Origin: Octopus bimaculoides
Lineage: Eukaryota
Assembly: GCF_001194135.2 (NCBI RefSeq)
Contig: NC_069005.1
Coordinates: 28,558,736 to 28,607,072 of the forward strand
Length of the DNA: 48,337 nt
Direction of reading: 5' to 3'
A program made the position numbers and the translations under genes. The notes below the pieces were generated by a model. The model saw only the letters and a program-made list of their open reading frames with translations, had not been told where the DNA came from and made no database searches. Of this stretch, positions 25,453 through 37,341 are shown piece by piece (position 1 is the first letter of the stretch; every line of letters begins with the position of its first letter).

Positions 25453-27138
25453 GAGTGTATAAAGATTTATACATGGAGAGAAGACCCCTAACAGGACTTC
25501 TTAAAGGCATGNNNNNNNNNNNNNNNNNNNNNNNNNNATGTGTTGAAAGGAATTATTTGGGCTTTGAAGAATTCACCTTTGGAAACATGGTTGTTTTGTT
25601 CAATATCCTTAAACGACTCTTATTCAGGGACCTTTTGAGTGGGATAGGCTACTCGACCTGATGAAAATTCTAACTTGGCCCCACCTGCAAGGTCATGCAC
25701 TGTTTATCTTGATATGAGATCACCATGTCGCTGTTTATCTTGATATGAGATCACCATGTCATGCACATATGGTTGGGATGCATGTGCCTGGTGTACCCTT
25801 ATCAGACGGGTAGTCATGATGGGTATAATGGGCTTCGTATATTTTACCCCAGGGTCACTTTGATGGCATGCACTGCTCTCTCACTCAATAATACACATAT
25901 ATATGAACAGCCTAGTCAAGGGTGAAAAGAGTGGATAGTCACTGTTTAATATAATAAATATAGATAATATATACATGTGTGTGTGTTTGTCTGCACCTCT
26001 CTCCATCATCATCATCATACGTCCGCCTTCCATGCTAGCATGGGTGGGACAGTTTCACAAGAGCCGGCCAGGCAGAAGCATGCACCAGATTCCTGTGACT
26101 GTTTCGGTGGGATTTTTACAGCTGGACGCCCTTCCTAACATTCTGTGCCACATTGAATCTCCCCGAGAACTACACTGAGGGCACGCTTGTCTGTGGAGTA
26201 TTCAGCCACTTGCATGTTAATTTCACAAGGAGATTTATTCCATTGATTGGATCAGCTGGAACCCTTGTCATCATAAATGACTGAGTGCCAATGACATCCC
26301 CACCACCACCATCACTATAAAGCCATACCTAATTATACCTCTCACCCCTTGCATACTGTTCTGTCTATGTCTTTCCATCCCTTTCACACACACCATGTTG
26401 TTTTTAATTGATAAATACATCGACTCCCCTTCCCTGTTTCAACTCCCTCCACTCTAAAAGATTCTTCCCACCCTCCACCTACTCTCCCTCTCAAACCAGT
26501 TTTTAACTGGTGTGTCATTCTTTACTAATCCTTCTGTTATTTCTTCTCTGTCACTGTTACAAGTTGTAGCATAAAAAAAAAAAAGAAAACAAACAAAAAT
26601 GTATGTGAAAACCATTTCGGCCACATCTCACGTGAACCCCCAGAAATTCAGGGAAATATCGCTGACTAGCACAGCGCTTATATATTATAAGGAGCACTTT
26701 GCAGTTCAATGCTGAATTATGAAGAGCCTGTGAATTAATGTGCTGCTCTGCCCCCATTTCAATGTTTGAGTTTCCCCATTTAATTTATGTTGTGTTTGTA
26801 ATAGGTGCAGGTGTGGTTGTGTGGTTAAGAAGTTTGCTTCCCAACTACACAGACTTGAGTTCAGTCCCACTGGTAACCTTGGGCAAGTGCTTCTTTTTTT
26901 TTTCTTACTATAGACTCTGGCCTGACCAAAGCCTTGTAAGTGGATTTCATCAACAGAAACTGAAAGAATTCTGTTATATATATATTTCATTTTCTCTCTG
27001 TTTATTTTTTCTTATTCCTTTCTGTTGAAGAGCATAGGCTTGAAAAGTAAGACTTTCATTTTCCTGAGCGTCAAATTAATACTCTTGCTTGTTGTTCGTA
27101 CACCTGTCTTCGTCTTTTGTTTCTCTATAAATTTCAAC

Positions 27139-27170
<32 letters not shown>

Positions 27171-28324
27171 TACATACACACATACATATATGAGGCGCAG
27201 GAGTGGCTGTGTGGTAAGGAGCTTGCTTCCCAACCACATGGTTCCGGGTTCAGTACCATTGTGCGGCACCTTGGGCAAGTGTCTTCTATAGCCTTTGGCC
27301 AACCAAAGCCTTCTGAATGGATTTGGTAGATAGAAACTGAAAGAAGCCCGCTGTGTGTGTCTGTATGTGCACATGGGTGTGTGTGTGTTTGTGTGTCTGT
27401 GCTTTTGAAAATAGTTGAGTTACAAGTGGTGACTTTGTTGACATTTTCCCTGTCACCAAATTACTTGTTGGTTTTGTGCCTTCAAAGAGATCCTTTGCTT
27501 GAGAAATTGGTAAGGGATAGTGACAGGAAGGGCATCTGACTGTAAAAAACAATGCCTCGAAATATATTCATCTAACCCATCTTGACATTGGAAAATAGAC
27601 ATAAAAACGAATGAATTGACTCAAAATAGATACAACAACATTACAAGGCACTGCACACATCTTATGTAGAGTAAAGAACACACATGTCTATACAACATAG
27701 ACAATACTAGCACTAAGCATTGCATATGTTATAAACATGTCTTTGTTTTTCTCAATACAATAGAATAATACAAAACCAAAGCAAAACATTGTATTTATTT
27801 AAGGCACACAAAGCTGCAGTCTTGGGTTTACTAAAAACACAGTAAAAATAATACTGAAATATTAATAATGATAATGGTATAGTTTATTGACACAGAGACA
27901 GAAAGGGGAGATAGATAAACAAATTAGCGAACTGGAGTTTTTACATGGAATTTAGAAAACCGGTATCTTTTATCTCTTAATTGTTTCATTCACTGTACTG
28001 CACTCATGCTGGGATACCCCCTTGAAGGGTTTAGTTGAACAGATCAACCCCAGTACACAACTGGTACTTAATTTATCAACCCTGAAAGGATGAAAGACAA
28101 AGTCGACCTCGGCGGAATTTGAACTCTGAACGTTGGTTGGCCTGAGGCTATAGTAGAATACACTTGCCCAAGGTGCCACACAGTGGCACTGAGCCTGGAA
28201 CCATGTGGTTGGGAAGCAAGCTTCTTACCACATAGTAATATCCAGGATTTTTTTTTTGTTTTTTTTTTTTGACAAAATTCTGATTAATGTTTTCACTTTC
28301 CCTCTTCATATGGTCTTTGGAGGA

Positions 28325-28585
28325 GTAACACTCTGCTTCTCTATACTCAAATACCTCTTCAAGTGGTACTTTAAGACACGACAATTTGCCATTTCCACCC
28401 TGACTTTCCTCTTTAAGTGGCGCTCAGAGACAGCACTCATCCTGTCACGCTCATGTGTCTTCAAGTGGTACTTTTGAAGAAGTAACATTCCATGTCTCCA
28501 CTCAGCTTTCTCTTCAAGTTGCACTTGAACTGGCAATATACCTCCAGCTTCACTCTTACCAGCCTCAAGTGGTACCTGAAGTTAT
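28325..28585. repeat. Degenerate ~51-bp tandem repeat (5 copies)
   Basis: cttcaagtg-like core at 28357, 28411, 28459, 28512, 28563. Confidence 0.65.
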
Positions 28586-28849
28586 TTGTTTGCCTAGTGT
28601 TCTATCCAGGGGGTGATTTATTTTGTGCCATTCTGTGACATGCTGAGCTATAGCAGAAAACTCTTGGCCAAGGTGCCACACAGTAGGACTGAACCTGAGA
28701 CCATGTGGTTGCAAAATGAGCATCTTCACCATACAACCATACCAGCTGAAGTTGTTCTTCCACAGATCCCCCTCCCCCCGACTTCATTCAGCATACCCTG
28801 TATACATACATAAACGACAAACACATTGTATATTAATATTCTTCTTTGT

Positions 28850-29065
28850 AAGGTGGAAAGCTGGCAGACTCGTTAGCATGCTGGGCGAAATGCTTAGCGG
28901 TATTCCGTCTGTCTTTACATTCTGAGTTCAAATTCCGCCAAGGTTGACTTTGCCTCTCATCCTTTCAAGGTCGATAAATTAAGTACCAGTTGTGTACTGG
29001 GATCGATCTAATCGACTGCCCCCCACTCCCACCAAAATTTCAGGCCTTGTGCCTAGAGTAGAATA
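28850..29065 (+). mobile_element. Family B SINE (ggc.agctggcagaatcgttagc..ttctgagttcaaattccgcc..ccttgtgcctagagtagaa)
   Basis: Box-B-like gagttcaaattcc; other copies at about 1-190(-), 1431-1590(+), 4500-4680(-), 5345-5520(+), 12015-12205(-), 12875-13220(-), 27995-28135(-). Confidence 0.8.
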
Positions 29066-30084
29066 AAAAATATTCTTCTTTGTGTAGTTCGATGATGGGT
29101 AGGTGAGTGGATGTTGTCTTCCATGGAGGGAGTACAGGTAATGGTGGCAGTGGGGGTGATGGGTGCTGGTGGTGGTGATGATGGTGGCAGTGGTTGTGAT
29201 GGTGGTGGTGATGGCATTATCTGCGAAGTGGCGACTTCCAGTGCTTGCTTACTCACTAAGTACTCAAGTTGTACTATCGTGCGTGTGTGTGTGTATGTGT
29301 GTGTGCATGCGTGCCATGTGGTTTGGTTTGTATGTATGTCAATGGCTACTGTGTCCGTATGTTGTCTGTATATTCTTTCCGTTTGTGTCGCTAGATGGCT
29401 TCGTACTGCATGTGTGTGTGTCCATGTGAATATGGGACCATATTGTGTATATGTTTGTGTGTGTGTGTGTGTGTGTGAGCCAGCTCGCTAGATCAGCTGA
29501 AGTCATGTGAGAGAGACTGCTGTTAGCACCCACACAGCAAGAGCAAAATAAAACAATAGAACAACACTGTTGTAGACAGCAGCAGCAACAGTAGCTGTTG
29601 TAGTGTTGGTAGTAGTGGTGGTGGTGGTGATAGAGGCGTTTGAGGTCACAGTGGTGTTTTTTTATCGGTGGTGGTCATGATGGTGCTATTTAGTGGTGGC
29701 AGTGATGTTGGCAAGGTTGGGGATGTTTGTGATGGTGATGATGGTTGTAAGGATGGTGGTGGTGGTGGTTGTGGTGCTGATGGTGGCAGTGTTAGTGGTG
29801 ATGATGGTGTTGATGACAATAACGGTGGTGGTTTGACACCCCCACTCCACAACCGTCTCCTCATTCTCCTTCGGTTCTTTATGTTGAAGCTACCATTGTC
29901 TCAGTGGTTGTAATAGTAGTTGTGGTCAGAATTATTGTTTAACCCCGGGTTGACTCTGTTAAAGCTTATCTATGATCAAAAGCAATCCAACCATGATGTA
30001 GAAAATGGTTGGGAACCAAGCTTCTTACCACACAGCTATGCCTGCACCTCTCTCTCTATCTCACTCTCACTCTCTCTCACTCAC

Positions 30085-30161
<77 letters not shown>

Positions 30162-30466
30162 NNNNNNNNNNTATATATATATATATATCTATATATATAT
30201 ATATATATATTGTATGTATGTATATATGTACCAATGTGTGCGTCTATGTTTAGACCCCTTCCCCCAACACTCGACAGCCAGTTTACATTCCTGTAACTAA
30301 GCAGTGGGAATCAATCTGTTTGACTAAACCCTTCAAGGCGGTGCCCCAGCATGGTCGCAGTCCAATGACCGAAACAGAAGATAAAAGGTAAAAATTATTA
30401 TTATTTTTTTTTTTTTACACTTTATTGATTTTTCTTTTCTCTGTTTTTTTCTTTTCTTTTGTCCAG

Positions 30467-30602
30467 TGCAATATAGAATCATTATGTCCAAGAGGTCGAA
30501 CTCCACTTCATTTGGCAGTCACTTTGGGTCACCTCGAAAGCGCTAAGATTCTTATGCAGCATGGTGCCAACGCAAATGCCGAGAATGCAGCATTCTGGTC
30601 AG
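30467..30602 (+). CDS. ANKRD13: ANKRD13-like exon (ankyrin repeat): [45 protein letters not shown](V)
   Basis: Polypyrimidine tract + gtccag acceptor; G|gtgagt donor; 136 nt, phase 0 to 1; canonical ankyrin TPLH motif. Confidence 0.95.
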
Positions 30603-31096
30603 GTGAGTTATTCACTTTATTCTCTAAAGAGACAAAGAATCCTTCAGACTTTGTCTTACATCAACAACAGTTGGTGTTGGTGGTGTTGTTGCTTAGTGCT
30701 TAGCCCCAGTTTATCCCTGATGCCATGGGGTCTTTCTCTCTCTCTCTCAAGATTATAAGATCTTTGTTCTTACTCTTTCTCTCTCTTTCACTCTTTTTTT
30801 CTTTCCCTCTGTCATTCAAGCTTCTAAGACCCTTGTTCTTAGTCTCTCTCTCTCTCTCTTTCTCTCCCTCTCTCCCTTTTCTCTCTCTCTCTCTTCAAAA
30901 ATCTTAAGATCTTTATTCTTACTCCTTTCCCCTTTCCCTCTCTCACTCCCTGCCTCTCTTAACCTTTCAATCTCTGTCATCCCCCCTCTCTCTCATTCTC
31001 TTTCTCTTGTCCTCTCTCTCAAGACCCTAAGATCTCTCTTCTTACTCTCTCCTTCTCTGCTCTCATTCTCTCTCTCTTTAACTCATCTATTTGTTA

Positions 31097-31161
31097 TTCC
31101 AGTTCTTCATGAAGTGGCAGGCACAAGAGACCCTCTCTTGAAGCAGGCATTCAGCAAATAC
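31097..31161 (+). pseudogene. Diverged tandem duplicate of the 5' part of ANKRD13 exon 31921-32045 (pseudo-exon or alternative exon)
   Basis: ttccag|ttcttcatgaag is identical to the real exon start; VLHEVAGTRDPLLKQAFSKY vs VLHEATGTGDPELVQLALKY, 12/20 aa, ungapped, 38/59 nt by hand count. Confidence 0.7.
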
Positions 31162-31920
31162 CTTACAAAGAAAGCCATTCTTGCCATGGCCATCCTGTAT
31201 CTATGTAGGCCAGTCATGGGCAAACTGCAGCCTGCAAGACTTCCTGAATGGCACACCTAACACAAAAATCACCTCCAATTTTTTTAGTAGTGTGGCCTGC
31301 CTGGCATCTAGCCATATAAACCATGCCAAAACAGACATTGGAGTATGGTGCAGTTGTGTGCCTCACCAGCTTCTGTTGAACCTTCCAACCCATGCCAGCA
31401 TAGAAAACAGATGTTGAATGACTATGATGATGATGATGATGATGACGAACTTTTATAGCCAAAACAGATAGAACAATCGTAGGCACTTCTGAGACAGAAC
31501 TTTTCACTTTCCATCGCCTCATTTCGCTTCACTCGTCTGTCTGTGTGTCCTGGGTTATCAGAGCATCTGCTCACCATGATGGATTGACATTTCATTCCAA
31601 AGGTGATAGCTCTTCATTTTTATTCCCCACTCCATCTCTCTCTCACTTTTTCCTCCTATCTTTCCTCCTATCTTTTCTATCTTGTATCTCTCTCTCTCTT
31701 GTTTCTCTCAGTCTTTCTTTCGTCTGTTTCGGTTTCATTCTCTCCATTCCACTGTTCCTCATTAATGTTTGTTCTTTCTCTCTTTTTCTCCAATTCCACT
31801 TCTTCTTGTCTTTTATTTCTACATCTCATTTTCCGTTTCTTTGTCTCATTCTCACTGTTCCTCTGTCTCTCTTTGATGTTTGTTCTTACTCTCTCGTTCT
31901 CTCTCTCTCCCCATTTCCAG

Positions 31921-32045
31921 TTCTTCATGAAGCAACTGGCACAGGCGACCCGGAATTGGTACAGTTAGCTCTGAAATACAGAGACTTTCAGCGCTACAGT
32001 AAACGGTCGGCTGGAATACCAGACTTACTGCAGAAGCTAAAAGAA
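31921..32045 (+). CDS. ANKRD13: ANKRD13-like exon: (V)LHEATGTGDPELVQLALKYRDFQRYSKRSAGIPDLLQKLKE
   Basis: tttccag acceptor, gtaagt donor; 125 nt, phase 1 to 0; matches human VLQEAVSTGDPEMVQLVLQYRDYQR..AGIPELL. Confidence 0.95.
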
Positions 32046-32929
32046 GTAAGTATCATCATTCTTTTATTCCCTTTTTGGAATAGCATGAACTCCACAGATG
32101 TATTAGGAAAAAGAAACAGGATGAACTCCACATCATCCTGTTTCTTCATAATATATTTATGGCATCATCATGGCCACCATATTTGATAGCTCTTGGTAGT
32201 CATGATGATGTTATAAATTTGATGGCATATAAAACGCACTTATTTTTTTTTTAAATTGTCTTAAAAACTACCCAGGGCCTTATGTGCAATGTTGCCCCCC
32301 CCCATAAGCTTTAATGCACTAAAAGCAATTTTTTCTTGAATATGTGCTACCAAAATTGGGGTGCATCTAATACACCCATGTGTCTTTTATACCATCAAGT
32401 ACAGTATAAGGTGGGTGCTGGACAGCTCCTGGCTTTAAGGGTATCACAAAAGGCCTAGTTGGAGGCCCAACCTTCCGAGTTCTTTGACAGGGCTTAGAAA
32501 AACTGAAGGACCACTGCAGTAGGTGTGTGAATGTGAGAGGGAGGAATATGTTGAGTAAAATCATAATTAACTGATCCTCCTGTGTTTTCTTTTACCCAAA
32601 GCCAGGAACTTTTGAACACCCCCTCTTATATAGGTGGTTAGATGGCAAAATTAATTGTGATTAATTTATTGCAATTAGTCTTTGGGACAGCAATCTTCCC
32701 ACCCTGAGTAAGCGCTGACTCTGTCCAAAGCTCAAGCAAGACTCACCAGGATATATTCCTCCCAAATATAAGTCTACATGTAGAAATCTTTTTGACTGCA
32801 GCGAAAGGAAAGCCATCTGGCTTATAGGCAAGGATTTTCTCATCAACAAACTCCAGCCTCTAACCTACAGACATGTTGGGTTTCTCCCTGTGGCTCTTTT
32901 ACTGATACTACATTGTGCTTCTGCTCCAT

Positions 32930-33070
32930 CAGATCTAGCTAATTACATAGCACTTCACTTGTATCTCATCTCTCTCTACCTCGTGTCACCCATCCTTTAT
33001 CTATTCTTCCAGACCCTGTGTCCATCATCCTGTCCAATTCTTCCTTGCTTTCTCAGAATGTCTATTCCAT
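32930..33070 (-). mobile_element. Possible highly degenerate RTE-like LINE 3' fragment
   Basis: Minus strand reads (frameshifted) HILRK..EELDRMM.TG..RGRER*D, resembling RTE C-termini. Confidence 0.35.
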
Positions 33071-33994
33071 GAAATTGTCATTCTGTGCACATTTTCCCTA
33101 CAGAGATCAACTCACAACTGTCAAATTGAGCTTCAACTGCATCAGTCTTGTCAGTCCTGGAGGGTCTATGCATGCCTCAAATGTCTTGAGTACAATCTCT
33201 TTCTCCTGATTAAAACCTCTGTGTGTGTGTGTGGGGGGGGGGCAACCATGACTGTGGTAGGAAGTTTGCTCCAGGTTCAATCTCACTGCTTGGTACCTTC
33301 GGCAAAGTGTCTTCTAAAGCCTCAAGTTGGTCAAAGATTTATTAAGGAGACAAAGTATATGTGAAATGAAACACAAGATTGGAACTGGGTGTGAGGTGTG
33401 TGGGCAGGGGAATTTGTGAGAATGTGAAAGGAGAGTCTGGAGATGGTGGGGAGGGTAACGCTGTGCATGGACACAAGAATAATTTATTAGATAGACACAG
33501 GTTTTACAAAACAGTTTAGTAAGTCCAGTTGCTACAAAGAGTGAAGTCTCCAGTAATCCGGTCCATTGCGTTTCGTCTGCAGATTTCTTCCTATTGTTTA
33601 GCCAGTCTACAACACTTGGCATTTTATTGTTTTATTTTGTTAATGTTTGTTTGTTTTTTTTCTTATAGTGCAGGCATTGACCTTCTCCAACTAAAATTAA
33701 ATATTCAGTTTCTGTCTTTTATTCCTAAACTGTTCAGCCATTGTTGGCTTACATATCAGCTCACTTCCTTTCTGTCCGCATGGTAATTAGCACAGATAGG
33801 TGGTTTTTGGTGTTGTTGTTGTTGTTGTTTTGTATATTTTACATTCTGTTATTTTATTATTTGGAAGCTTTCTACTATATTCTTGCTCGTCCGTTTTATT
33901 TTTTTTTTTGTTTTTTGTTATTGTAAGCATTGTGTCTACATGACTGGTGATATTTTCTCCTTGTAATGTCACCTTGTCCATCACCCTTGAGGAA

Positions 33995-34172
33995 AATAAA
34001 TCACCATCACCACCACCCATCATCATCACCACCATCATCATCACCACCACCACCACCCATCATCACCACCATCATCACCACCACCATCATCACCACCACC
34101 ACCCATCATCACCACCACCATCATCACCACCACCATCATCACCACCATCATCATCACCACCATCATCATCAC
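33995..34172. repeat. (CAC/CAT)n trinucleotide microsatellite; related (CTA/CAC), (GGT) and (ATT) tracts at about 13740-13965, 22280-22790, 24220-24410, 29130-29830, 41750-41800
   Basis: Direct inspection; these tracts produce the poly-His/Thr/Val pseudo-ORFs. Confidence 0.9.
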
Positions 34173-35289
34173 NNNNNNNNNNNNNNNNNNNNNNNNNNNN
34201 NNNNNNNNNNNNNNNNNNNNNNNNNNNNNNNNNNNNNNNNNNNNNNNNNNNNNNNNNNNNNNNNNNNNNNNNNNNNNNNNNNNNNNNNNNNNNNNNNNNN
34301 NNNNNNNNNNNNNNNNNNNNNNNNNNNNNNNNNNNNNNNNNNNNNNNNNNNNNNNNNNNNNNNNNNNNNNNNNNNNNNNNNNNNNNNNNNNNNNNNNNNN
34401 NNNNNNNNNNNNNNNNNNNNNNNNNNNNNNNNNNNNNNNNNNNNNNNNNNNNNNNNNNNNNNNNNNNNNNNNNNNNNNNNNNNNNNNNNNNNNNNNNNNN
34501 NNNNNNNNNNNNNNNNNNNNNNNNNNNNNNNNNNNNNNNNNNNNNNNNNNNNNNNNNNNNNNNNNNNNNNNNNNNNNNNNNNNNNNNNNNNNNNNNNNNN
34601 NNNNNNNNNNNNNNNNNNNNNNNNNNNNNNNNNNNNNNNNNNNNNNNNNNNNNNNNNNNNNNNNNNGTCTATGGACAAGATATCTCAAGAACCGCTGGAT
34701 GGATTCAAATGAAACATTCAGAGATGTTTGACCTTGTGACTGGCACGAACTGATTAGATTTGGGGATTGATCTGGTATTGGACAAGGATTCTGGATTATT
34801 TTTCCTTTTTTTTTTTTTAACTTAACTTTTGAGAGCTGTCAGGTTCATTTTTAGCATTCTCATTTGTGAGAGAATATCAAGTTTATTTCAGATATTCTCA
34901 TTTTAAAAATCATCTCCGGCTAATCGTTGAGAGGATGTTGGTGTTGCCTTGGTGGAGGTTTGTGCTCTCTGAGTGCACTTGTTATTTGTTTTTATTATCA
35001 TCCTCTTGATTTAGTATTAGTTTTCTTGGTAGAATGTATATGGGTTGTGGGTTACACCCTGTAACCTTAGATGTCCACATGATTTCAATAAGCCATCAAG
35101 TGCTCAAAACACATCTTATGATTGTTCCTGTTCCTAGGAGACAAACCTTCTGTAGAAGCTCTACTAGACATTCCAATCGAGTCTCCTTTATCCACTTGTT
35201 TGTTCCGTGACTCACTGCATCAATTACATTGTGTAACAAATTTCTAATATTTTCTTTTTTTTGTCTTTGGTCAGTAAGTGTTATTTCCT

Positions 35290-35672
35290 ATTTGCTGAAG
35301 TTCACTGAAAGAGGAAAATTGGGGTTGAGAAGGAAGTGTTACCTTCTGGCTATTTTGTTAAAAGGTGGATGAGAATGGCGAGAATGGTGTGAGTGGATAG
35401 GCCTGTCCTGAGCGCATACACCTGAGATGAGGAACTGAGGAAGGGCACCTGGCCCAGAAGTCAGGGCATCCGTGGTTTTAATGGGTTCGTCCATGGGCAA
35501 CCCTTGAACATCTTCCTATTGAGGATTATACATTGTTAAAATAGTTTTTTCTTTCTTTTTTTTTTTTTGCGTTCAACTTGTTTACACACAAAACCCTCAC
35601 AACTTACACATATACATTTATACCGTCCATAATGTTTTTCTTGATGTAAACCTTTTGTGATCAATAAAGAAA
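35290..35672 (+). mobile_element. Second copy of the L1/Tx1-like 3' end
   Basis: Colinear with 8150-8535 (aggcctgtcctga, ccca.aagtcagggca, tttacac.caaaaccctcacaac, aataaagaaa). Confidence 0.55.
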
Positions 35673-35709
35673 TCATCATAATAATTATTATTATCTATTA
35701 TTATTACAG

Positions 35710-35755
35710 TCCCCTGACTTCTATGTTGAAATGAAATGGGAATTTACAAGCTGGG
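35710..35755 (+). CDS. ANKRD13: ANKRD13-like exon: SPDFYVEMKWEFTSW(V)
   Basis: ttacag acceptor, gtaagt donor; 46 nt, phase 0 to 1; near-identical to human APDFYVEMKWEFTSW. Confidence 0.95.
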
Positions 35756-35851
35756 GTAAGTACCTTCCTATGATTGTTGTTCTAATATTTTTTCCTGTGT
35801 TGTAAAGGTCGGTCTATTAGCTGACGTCAAAACATGAAACCATTATTGTTG

Positions 35852-35886
<35 letters not shown>

Positions 35887-35914
35887 AAGTTCTCTTTTTT
35901 CTAATTATAATTAG

Positions 35915-35968
35915 TTCCACTGGTATCTAGAGTGTGTCCAAGTGATGTATACAGAGTTTGGAAAAGTG
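35915..35968 (+). CDS. ANKRD13: ANKRD13-like exon: (V)PLVSRVCPSDVYRVWKS(G)
   Basis: aattag acceptor, gtaagt donor; 54 nt, phase 1 to 1. Confidence 0.93.
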
Positions 35969-36086
35969 GTAAGTAGTGTTTTTTGTTTTGTTAAGATTAT
36001 CTTTTGAATCTAGAAAATAATTGTCAGCTCTGAGTCCCTTTCTATTTGTCATATTTTGATCATTAACACACTTGAACTTAGTAACA

Positions 36087-36480
36087 GAGTGGCTGTGTGG
36101 TAAGTAGCTTGCTTACCAACCACATGGTCCCAGGTTCAGTCCCACTGCGTGGCACCTTGGGCAAGTGTCTTCTATAGCCTCAGGCCAACCAAAGCCTTGT
36201 GAGTGGATTTGGTAGACGGAAACTGGAAGAAGCCCGTCGTATATGTATATATATGTATGTGTGTGTATATGTTTGTGTGTCTGTGTTTGTCCCCCCAACA
36301 TCGCCTGACAACTGATGCTGGTGTGTATACGTCCCTGTAACATGGCGGTTCAGCAAAGAAGAACCGATAGAATTAGTACTGGACCTACAAAGAATAAGCT
36401 CTGGGGTCGATTTGCTCGACTAAAGGCGGTGCTCCAGCATGGCCGCAGTCAAATGACTGAAACAATAAAAAGAGTAAAAG
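36087..36480 (+). mobile_element. Near full-length family A SINE in ANKRD13 intron
   Basis: Colinear with 838-1222 and 21404-21805. Confidence 0.85.
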
Positions 36481-36488
36481 AGTATATA

Positions 36489-36522
<34 letters not shown>

Positions 36523-36790
36523 CATATNNNNNNNNNNNNNNNNNNNNNNNNNNNNNNNNNNNNNNNNNNNNNNNNNNNNNNNNNNNNNNNNNNNNNNNNN
36601 NNNNNNNNNNNNNNNNNNNNNNNNNNNNNNNNNNNNNNNNNNNNNNNNNNNNNNNNNNNNNNNNNNNNNNNNNNNNNNNNNNNNNNNNNNNNNNNNNNNN
36701 NNNNNNNNNNNNNNNNNNNNNNNNNNNNNNNNNNNNNNNNNNNNNNNNNNNNNNNNNNNNNNNNNNNNNNNNNNNNNNNNNNNNNNNNNN

Positions 36791-36840
<50 letters not shown>

Positions 36841-37251
36841 TACATACATACACACACACATACATATATTCATACATACATATGTATGTGTGTACCGTTA
36901 TCTAGATATAATATTTCAGCACTTTGCTTTTTTGGTTAAAATCCTGCTAGGTTCAACTTTGTGTATTAAACTTGATCTCTGCACAGGAGACCTTCACAGA
37001 TGCTACTACTCCAGTTCAGAGTAAAATTGTTGGGAGCAACAGTGTCTAAGAGATGGTTCCCCACTCTTCAAGACTCTGGAACTTCTGATCCAGGGCCCTG
37101 CTACATGATGCAGCTTGAAGTCATAGCCAGGACACTCACTGATCATTTACTGGCCTAATTAACTTAATTATCTATTATATATAACAATTGACATATAGAT
37201 TCTGTGGCCTTTCTTCATTCCATCTTCTTCCTCTTGTTCATGTATTTTCAG

Positions 37252-37341
37252 GCTCCAATGTACGTATTGACACAACACTGCTGGGCTTTGACAGTATGAA
37301 ATGGCAGAGAGGCAGCAGAAGTTATATTTTTAAAGGCAGAT
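37252..37341 (+). CDS. ANKRD13: ANKRD13-like exon: (G)[29 protein letters not shown]
   Basis: ttttcag acceptor, gtaagc donor; 90 nt, phase 1 to 1. Confidence 0.93.
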
